Assembly: GCA_963716255.1 (NCBI GenBank)
Contig: OY970303.1
Location: forward strand, 1,280,001 to 1,344,000
Direction of reading: 5' to 3'
Source: an uncultured Gemmatimonadales bacterium
GTDB taxonomy: Bacteria > Gemmatimonadota > Gemmatimonadetes > Longimicrobiales > Longimicrobiaceae
DNA: 64,000 bases
Part shown: positions 58,657 through 64,000 of the stretch, in pieces
How the letters are laid out: each line of letters opens with the position of its first letter
Position numbering within the stretch: the first letter of the stretch is position 1
Program-made: the position numbers and the translations under genes
Notes under the pieces: model-generated
The model's input: only the letters and a program-made list of their open reading frames with translations
Told to the model about the DNA's origin: nothing
Database searches by the model: none

Positions 58657-59940
58657 ATGGAGATCCCCGTGAAGCGAGCCTTCCGCCTGCTCCTCGCCGC
58701 CGCGCTCCTCGTCCCCGCGGCGGCCGCCGCGCAGCAGCCCGCCGCCGACAGCGCGCTCCTCGCCGCGCTGCGCCAGAACCGGCACACGCTCTCCGCCGGG
58801 GCGGACGGGGCGCTGGCGGGACCGGGCGCGAGGGTGCTGCTGGACGCGGGGCGGGAGTCGCAGTTCTTTTTGATCGGCGAGGAGCACGGGATCGCGCAGG
58901 TGCCGCAGCTCGCGGCGGGGCTCTTTCGCGCCCTGGCGCCCGCGGGGTACCGCTACCTGGCGGTGGAGACGGGGGACGCCGCGGCGGCGGGCCTGAACCG
59001 CGCGGCCGTGCGGGGGGACACGGCCATGGCGTCGTTCATCCGCCGCAACTGGCCGGGGGTGCCCTTCTACACGCTGCGAGAGGAGTCGCAGCTGCTGACG
59101 GCGGCGGTGCGGGCGGCGGGAGGGCGGACGGACGTGGTGTGGGGGCTGGACTACGACATCCTGGGCGACCGCTACGCCCTGCGGCGCCTGCGCGAGCTCG
59201 CCCCGAACGCCGCCGCGCGGGCCGCCGCGGACCGGGCCCTCGCCGCCGCCGACTCCATGCTACGCGCGTCGGTGGGGACGGGGAACCTGGCTGGCATCAT
59301 GATGTTCGCCGCCCCGGACACGGCCTTCGCGCCGCTGCGCCGCGCCTACGCTCCCGCGCCCGGGAGCGAGGCGGACCGCATCCTGGAGGAGCTGGAGGCC
59401 ACGCTGCGGGTCAACGCGCTCCAGGTGGCGCAGCGCTACCACGAGGCCAACGTCACTCGCGGCGGGGTGATGAAGACGCGTTTCATGCGGCGCTACCGCG
59501 AGGCGGTGGCCGCCGGCGACCCGCTGCCGCGGGTGATGCTCAAGTTCGGCGCGAACCACGCCATGCGCGGCCACAGCTTCGTCAGCTTCTACGACCTGGG
59601 GAACGCGGTGCACGAGCTGGCCGAGATGAACGGCGGCCGCGCGTTCGGGCTGATGGCGCTGGCGGGACGGGGCACGCAGCAGGCGGGGATGGACCCCAGG
59701 ACCTTCGACTACGTCGCCGGCCCCGCGAGCGAGAGCGCCTGGGCGAAGCCGCTCTACGACCTTGCCGACCCGCAGGCCTGGACGCTGTACGACCTCCGCC
59801 CGCTGCGCCGCCCGCTCGCCGCCGGGCGGCTGGGAACGGTGCCGCCCACGCTGGCGCGGGTCATCAACGGCTTCGACGCGGTGGTGATCCTGTCCGGGAG
59901 CGGCCCGTCCACCTCCATGGCGGGCCCGCCACCGTTCTGA
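58657..59940 (+). CDS. Secreted EreA/ChaN-like (erythromycin-esterase-fold) protein
   Basis: Signal peptide; FFLIGEEHG, YLAVE, WGLD, KFGANH. Confidence 0.6.
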   Translation: MEIPVKRAFRLLLAAALLVPAAAAAQQPAADSALLAALRQNRHTLSAGADGALAGPGARVLLDAGRESQFFLIGEEHGIAQVPQLAAGLFRALAPAGYRYLAVETGDAAAAGLNRAAVRGDTAMASFIRRNWPGVPFYTLREESQLLTAAVRAAGGRTDVVWGLDYDILGDRYALRRLRELAPNAAARAAADRALAAADSMLRASVGTGNLAGIMMFAAPDTAFAPLRRAYAPAPGSEADRILEELEATLRVNALQVAQRYHEANVTRGGVMKTRFMRRYREAVAAGDPLPRVMLKFGANHAMRGHSFVSFYDLGNAVHELAEMNGGRAFGLMALAGRGTQQAGMDPRTFDYVAGPASESAWAKPLYDLADPQAWTLYDLRPLRRPLAAGRLGTVPPTLARVINGFDAVVILSGSGPSTSMAGPPPF

Positions 59941-59949
59941 GGCACCGCC

Positions 59950-60200
59950 GGGGGCTTCGCCCGGACCACGTCGTCGATCCGCGGCAGTTCGATGGCGAGC
60001 ACGGTGCGGTAGAGGAACAGAAGGGCGGCGAATGCCTGGTTCTGCATGGCGGCGGACCCGTGGCGCTCGGTCGCCAGGTGGCTGGGAAACGCCCGGATTT
60101 CCCTGGCGCCCACCTGTTCGGGATGGCGTTTCCCGTTCAGGATGATGAACCGGCGGACCTGGTGCGGCCCCTTGCCCCAGCGACAGATCCGGGCACGGAT
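59950..60200 (-). pseudogene. intI: Truncated integron integrase (N-terminal domain only)
   Basis: VRRFIILNGKRHPEQVGAREIRAFPSHLATERHGSAAMQNQAFAALLFLYRTVLAIELPRIDDVVRAKP matches the IntI N-terminus; catalytic domain absent. Confidence 0.85.
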
Positions 60201-60300
60201 CGGGCATTCGACGAACGTCGTCCCGAAGGGTGGATCTTCCAGTCAGCCCGCCCGGCGGAGTCGCGGACAAAGCCCTGGACCACAGAAGCTTGCGGGGGGT

Positions 60301-60352
60301 GCTGAGCGGGTGTTATCTGGAGGTCGATCCACTTCCACGAGGGTTGGGCCGG
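60301..60352 (+). other. Candidate attI region
   Basis: Between intI and the first cassette; GTTATCT (60312) and a perfect GTTRRRY GTTGGGC (60343). Confidence 0.4.
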
Positions 60353-60441
60353 CTCGCCGTGCAGGTGTCGCGACCGCGTTCGAGAAACTGCATACCTCAC
60401 GTCCTCACCACGGTGAGCCCTTTGTCGGGGAGGTGGAATTC

Positions 60442-61401
60442 GTGACACGAGAGCGCCCTCTGTCCCAGTACCACGTCCTTCCTCGACGGTTGCGCGCGCT
60501 CGCCGAGTATCTCCCACGGTTGTCCCAGGGCGAATTCGGGGATTGGGAACTGGACCGGCCGGGTCCTCTGGCGGAACTCTTTCCGCCGGAGGAGGAGGAC
60601 ATCCTGAGTGTCGTGGAACCAAATTTTCTGGTCTTTGCAGGCGACTTCTCCGGGGGTTTGCTCGCGCTCGATGTCGGTGGGGCGGGGGATGTCGAGCGGA
60701 GTCCGGTGATCGCTTTCGACTCGGAAGGGGGGATCAATCTCCTGGGCGAGACGTTCGACGACTTTCTCGCGCTCATCGCCAGCGAGCGCCCGGACCCCTG
60801 TGAGGACGGGTGGACGGTAAGCGACGAGCTTCGTCGGTGGATCGTGAGCACCGGAGTGGTTCCGCACCCGTCTGCCGGCGAGCGGCTGACGGAGCTTGCC
60901 CCTCTCACTCGCGCGTTCCGCGTCCGCTTCGCGGCGGCGCTGCGGGAAGCGAGTCGGCGCGTCCGCCCCGCTGAAGTGCTGGACCTTGCCCTGGTCTTGG
61001 GAGAGCGAATCGGCGACGTCTCACTCGGCATGCCCCAGGCTGAACTCGACGCACGCTGGGGACCGCCCGACATTCCCGAGTGGAGCCGACGCGACGGACG
61101 CTTTGAGGCGATCTATCGTGGACAGCCGCTCGCTATCCAATTCGAGGCCGACCGCCTCCGCGTCTCGCGTGTGAGGCTGTGGGCGGGTCGGCATCGCGCG
61201 GTGGCGACCGACGGCACCGATCCGATGTTCCTGACCTCCGAGGAGGCCGCCGCGTGGCTGAGCGCCAGCGGGTTGACCGTCGAGGCGACCGCTCATGAGA
61301 TTCGCGTGCCGTCAGCGAGACTACGGCTCGCGCTCACCGTGTCTCGAGGCGGCCATGACGTCGTTCCCTGGGTGGAGGCGATCGAACTCGCTCAGCCATG
61401 A
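60442..61401 (+). CDS. Integron cassette 1: SMI1/KNR4 (SUKH)-like immunity domain plus C-terminal domain of unknown function
   Basis: GGGGAGG RBS then GTG; FLVFAGDFSGGLLALD...PVIAFDSEG...LGETFDDFL; lower GC. Confidence 0.65.
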   Translation: MTRERPLSQYHVLPRRLRALAEYLPRLSQGEFGDWELDRPGPLAELFPPEEEDILSVVEPNFLVFAGDFSGGLLALDVGGAGDVERSPVIAFDSEGGINLLGETFDDFLALIASERPDPCEDGWTVSDELRRWIVSTGVVPHPSAGERLTELAPLTRAFRVRFAAALREASRRVRPAEVLDLALVLGERIGDVSLGMPQAELDARWGPPDIPEWSRRDGRFEAIYRGQPLAIQFEADRLRVSRVRLWAGRHRAVATDGTDPMFLTSEEAAAWLSASGLTVEATAHEIRVPSARLRLALTVSRGGHDVVPWVEAIELAQP

Positions 61402-61447
61402 GCCGTCTCGTGTCACGCCGCTATTCCCTGCATCGTCGCGGCGTGCG

Positions 61448-61547
61448 GCCTACCGATCGCTGAAGGGGATGCGATGCCGTCCATGTTTCCGGCCGACGAC
61501 AGGCTTGCACGCCGGCCCCGCACCCCTGACCCCTGTGTCCGTCAGGC
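61448..61547 (+). other. attC site 1
   Basis: gcctacc...tcgctgaagggg...cccctgacccctgtgtccGTCAGGC; imperfect palindrome of about 100 bp downstream of the cassette ORF; centre homologous to the site at 62449. Confidence 0.7.
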
Positions 61548-61585
61548 TGCTCCAGTGCGTCTTCACAGTCAGAGGGAATCGAGGC

Positions 61586-62428
61586 ATGCGACTGCGCGAG
61601 GATGCTGAACAGATCGCGGAGGCGATCCGGCAAGATCTGGGCGGTTCTCGCTCCGCGACGAAGCGGCTCAAAGTCCGGTCGCTCCTTCGTAAGTTCGGCT
61701 ACGTGAAGCGATCCGACAGCAACACCGCCGAGATCACGCAACTTCTCAGCGGGCGTGGAGTTTCGATCAATCCACCCATCGTTCGCCTCGGCAACGATTG
61801 GGAACTCAGCACGGAGGACTGGATCTACCTTTCGACCGAGCAACAGAGCGCTTCGCCATCGTCCTTCAGTGCAGGATCGGCAGTTGTGCCACCAGCTGAC
61901 TGGAACAGCGATGAATGGTTCGACCGCGTGACAGACAAAGCTCTGCGGACCGAAAAGGAGGTCGAAATCAAATTCATCGTTCCCTTGCTGAGCAGGCTGG
62001 GGTATTCCGAGGAAGACCGGTACGACGGCATGCCGGTGCCCGCCGCACACGGATCCAGATCAACAATCCTGGTCATCGACTTCGCCCTGTTCAACAGCGA
62101 TCTCGAAGCGCTCCGGAACCAGCCACTTCTGACGGTTGAGGCAAAGCGGGAGCAGCGCCTCGCAAAAGCCAAGGAGCTATTGAGCGCACACAACCAGGCC
62201 AAGAGCTACAGTCTTTGGACACAATGTGATTTCTTCCTCGTAACCGACAGCCGGACCATACAGGTGTTTCACGTCGCCCGAGGTGGTTTGGATGGGCCAT
62301 CGCCCCTCTTTTCATGCAGCCGCCAAGAACTCAAATCTCACTTCGCCGAACTCTACAGGCTCGTCTCCAAGGGCGCGCTCACCCGGCATTACCTCGCCAA
62401 GCTGGGTGCAACGGAGGAAGCCAGTTGA
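61586..62428 (+). CDS. Integron cassette 2: protein with C-terminal HsdR_N-like PD-(D/E)xK nuclease domain
   Basis: TEKEVEIKFIVPLLSRLGY...IDFALF...VEAK...QAKSYS...FLVTD. Confidence 0.78.
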   Translation: MRLREDAEQIAEAIRQDLGGSRSATKRLKVRSLLRKFGYVKRSDSNTAEITQLLSGRGVSINPPIVRLGNDWELSTEDWIYLSTEQQSASPSSFSAGSAVVPPADWNSDEWFDRVTDKALRTEKEVEIKFIVPLLSRLGYSEEDRYDGMPVPAAHGSRSTILVIDFALFNSDLEALRNQPLLTVEAKREQRLAKAKELLSAHNQAKSYSLWTQCDFFLVTDSRTIQVFHVARGGLDGPSPLFSCSRQELKSHFAELYRLVSKGALTRHYLAKLGATEEAS

Positions 62429-62448
62429 ATCAGTGGCGACCTCACGCA

Positions 62449-62538
62449 GCCTGACGAATGCGCTGCAGGCGACGTGCAGCATTCCATGCTTTCGGCGGAC
62501 GACAGGCTTGCGCGTCGGCCCCGCACCCATGACCCCTG
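62449..62538 (+). other. attC site 2, right end (R') missing
   Basis: GCCTGACgaatgcgctgcaggcgac...ggccccgcacccatgacccctg then family B sequence. Confidence 0.7.
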
Positions 62539-62691
62539 CGGACGCCAGCGCGAGCCCGCGTGAGGGATTTCGGCCCGAAGGGGCGAGACCCGCGGGCAGT
62601 TTCGCGGGGCTCGACTCCGTTGCAGACGGTCGTATCGTCTGCTACGGAGCCGAAGCCCGACCCCGGCGCAGCCGGGGGCACGCCCGAACCC
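62531..62691 (+). repeat. Family B repeat, copy B6 (core 62557-62691 plus part of the extension)
   Basis: Near-identical to B4; leading cggacgccagcgcga matches the B1/B5 extension. Confidence 0.9.
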
Positions 62692-62715
62692 GGCCGTAAA
62701 AAACCTCAGCCGAAG

Positions 62716-63642
62716 TCAGATCACTTCGTCGCCCGACGGGGGCGGAGAGAACAGCGCCGTGCTCAGGTAGCGCGACCCCGAGTCCGGCGCGATGGTCACC
62801 ACCCGCTTCCCCGGCCCCAGCTCGCGCGCCACCTGGAGCGCCGCCCACACGATCGCCCCCGAGCTCATCCCCACGAACAGCCCCTCCTCGCGCGCCAGCC
62901 GCCGCGCCACCGGAAAGGCATCCTCCTCCCACGCCTTGATCAGCGCGTCGATGACCGAGCGGTCCAGGTTGGGCGGGACGAACCCCGGCCCCATCCCCTG
63001 GAACTGGTGCTGGCCGCGCTCCTCGCCGTGCAGCACCGCCGAGCGCCCCGGCTCCACCGCGTGCACCCGCACCCCGGGGTCGCGTTCCTTGAGGTAGCGC
63101 CCCACCCCGGAGATCGTCCCGCCCGTCCCCGTGCCGTACACGAAGGCGTCCACCCGCCCCTCCATCCCCGCCCACAGCTCCGGCCCCGTGCTCTCGTAGT
63201 GCACCCGCGGGTTGGCCGGGTTGTCGAACTGGTTGGGGAGGAAGGCGCCCGTGCGGTCGCGGATGCGCTCCGCCTCCTCGATGGCCGCCAGCATGCGCCG
63301 CTCCGGGTCGGTGAGCACCAGCTCCGCTCCGTAGGCGCGCAGCGTCGCCTTGCGCTCCTCGCTCATCTGCGCGGGGAGGCAGAGCACCAGCCGGTACCCG
63401 CGCGCCGACGCCACCTGCGCCAGCCCGATCCCGGTGTTCCCCGAGGTGGGCTCCACAATGGTGCCGCCCGGCTCCAGCAGCCCGCGCCGCTCCGCGTCCA
63501 CGATCATGGCGAGCGCCGTGCGGTCCTTGATGGAGCCGCCGGGGTTCATCCCCTCCACCTTGACCCACACCTCGGCCATCCCGGGCTCCACCACCCGCTC
63601 CAGCCGCACCAGCGGGGTGTTTCCGATGAAGCGGTCGATCAC
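62716..63642 (-). CDS. cysK: Cysteine synthase
   Basis: IGNTPLV, NPGGSIKDR (PLP Lys), EPTSGNTG, GTGTGGT, PDSGSRYLST. Confidence 0.92.
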   Translation of the reverse strand: MIDRFIGNTPLVRLERVVEPGMAEVWVKVEGMNPGGSIKDRTALAMIVDAERRGLLEPGGTIVEPTSGNTGIGLAQVASARGYRLVLCLPAQMSEERKATLRAYGAELVLTDPERRMLAAIEEAERIRDRTGAFLPNQFDNPANPRVHYESTGPELWAGMEGRVDAFVYGTGTGGTISGVGRYLKERDPGVRVHAVEPGRSAVLHGEERGQHQFQGMGPGFVPPNLDRSVIDALIKAWEEDAFPVARRLAREEGLFVGMSSGAIVWAALQVARELGPGKRVVTIAPDSGSRYLSTALFSPPPSGDEVI

Positions 63643-64000
63643 CCCGCCGCCTCCGCCGGGGCCGCTTCCATCTCCAGCTCCCACGCCAGCCGCGTGTCCG
63701 GCGCCAGCGAGTGGATCACCGAGCAGTACCGGTCGAACGACAGCTGGATGGCGCGCTCCACGTGGCTCCGGTCCGATTCCACGGCCACCGTGTACACCAG
63801 CCGCACGTCCGTCAGGCGGCGCGGGGCTTCCGCCGCGCGCGAGAACTCGGCCCGCACGCGTAGCGCGGCGGGCGGGGTGCGGCGCTTGTTCAGGATCTCC
63901 ACCACGTCCACCGCCGAGCAGCTGGCGATGGCCACCACCAGCGAGTCCACGGGGCTGGGCGCCGCGTTGCGCTCCCCGTCCACCAGGTGCGTCGGGCCGC
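63639..64000 (-). CDS. OsmC/YhfA family protein (5' end outside the window)
   Basis: PSPVDSLVVAIASCSAVDV...LSFDRYCSV. Confidence 0.88.
   Translation of the reverse strand, partial: GPTHLVDGERNAAPSPVDSLVVAIASCSAVDVVEILNKRRTPPAALRVRAEFSRAAEAPRRLTDVRLVYTVAVESDRSHVERAIQLSFDRYCSVIHSLAPDTRLAWELEMEAAPAEAAG

Noticed and set aside
60046..60441. N-terminal extension of the 451-aa ORF
   Set aside because: Overlaps the intI fragment and attI region; an RBS-supported GTG at 60442 is the better start.
61295..61585. N-terminal extension of the 377-aa ORF
   Set aside because: Runs through the previous gene and attC1; the real start is ATG 61586.
61586..62428. Type I restriction-modification system
   Set aside because: Only an HsdR_N-like domain; no helicase motifs, hsdM or hsdS.
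7502..62691. Families A and B as tRNAs, riboswitches or CRISPR repeats
   Set aside because: No cloverleaf, T-loop or CCA; dispersed rather than arrayed; both orientations next to functionally unrelated genes.

Overview
Very GC-rich bacterial chromosome segment. Gene content and repeat style suggest Gemmatimonadota (Longimicrobium-like), which is my inference only. The backbone is housekeeping: hutU-hutH, an LptD-like protein, tatC, nrdR, tamA/tamB, PBP1A, a DEAD-box helicase, sucA-sucB-lpdA, an MltD-like transglycosylase, cardiolipin synthase, trxC, a FabH-like enzyme, cysK and OsmC. Three lower-GC accessory inserts stand out: (i) a RelE/HigB-HigA toxin-antitoxin pair embedded among repeats; (ii) a TIR-NB-ARC-TPR (NLR-like) gene with six near-identical 120-bp repeats; (iii) an integron remnant that the ORF track does not name, with a truncated intI, two cassettes (SUKH-like immunity protein, HsdR_N-like nuclease) and two attC sites, one with a compensated non-canonical GAC/GTC core. 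The most striking unexplained structure is intergenic. Twelve copies of two modular repeat families (A and B, ~120-160 bp, six each) are built from shared hairpin modules whose stems covary freely around a conserved G(C/T)NGT(T/A)T loop and conserved mismatches. One B copy has replaced the right end of an attC site. No mobilising enzyme, tRNA, rRNA or CRISPR array is visible. Most long ORFs in the six-frame track are GC-rich shadow frames.
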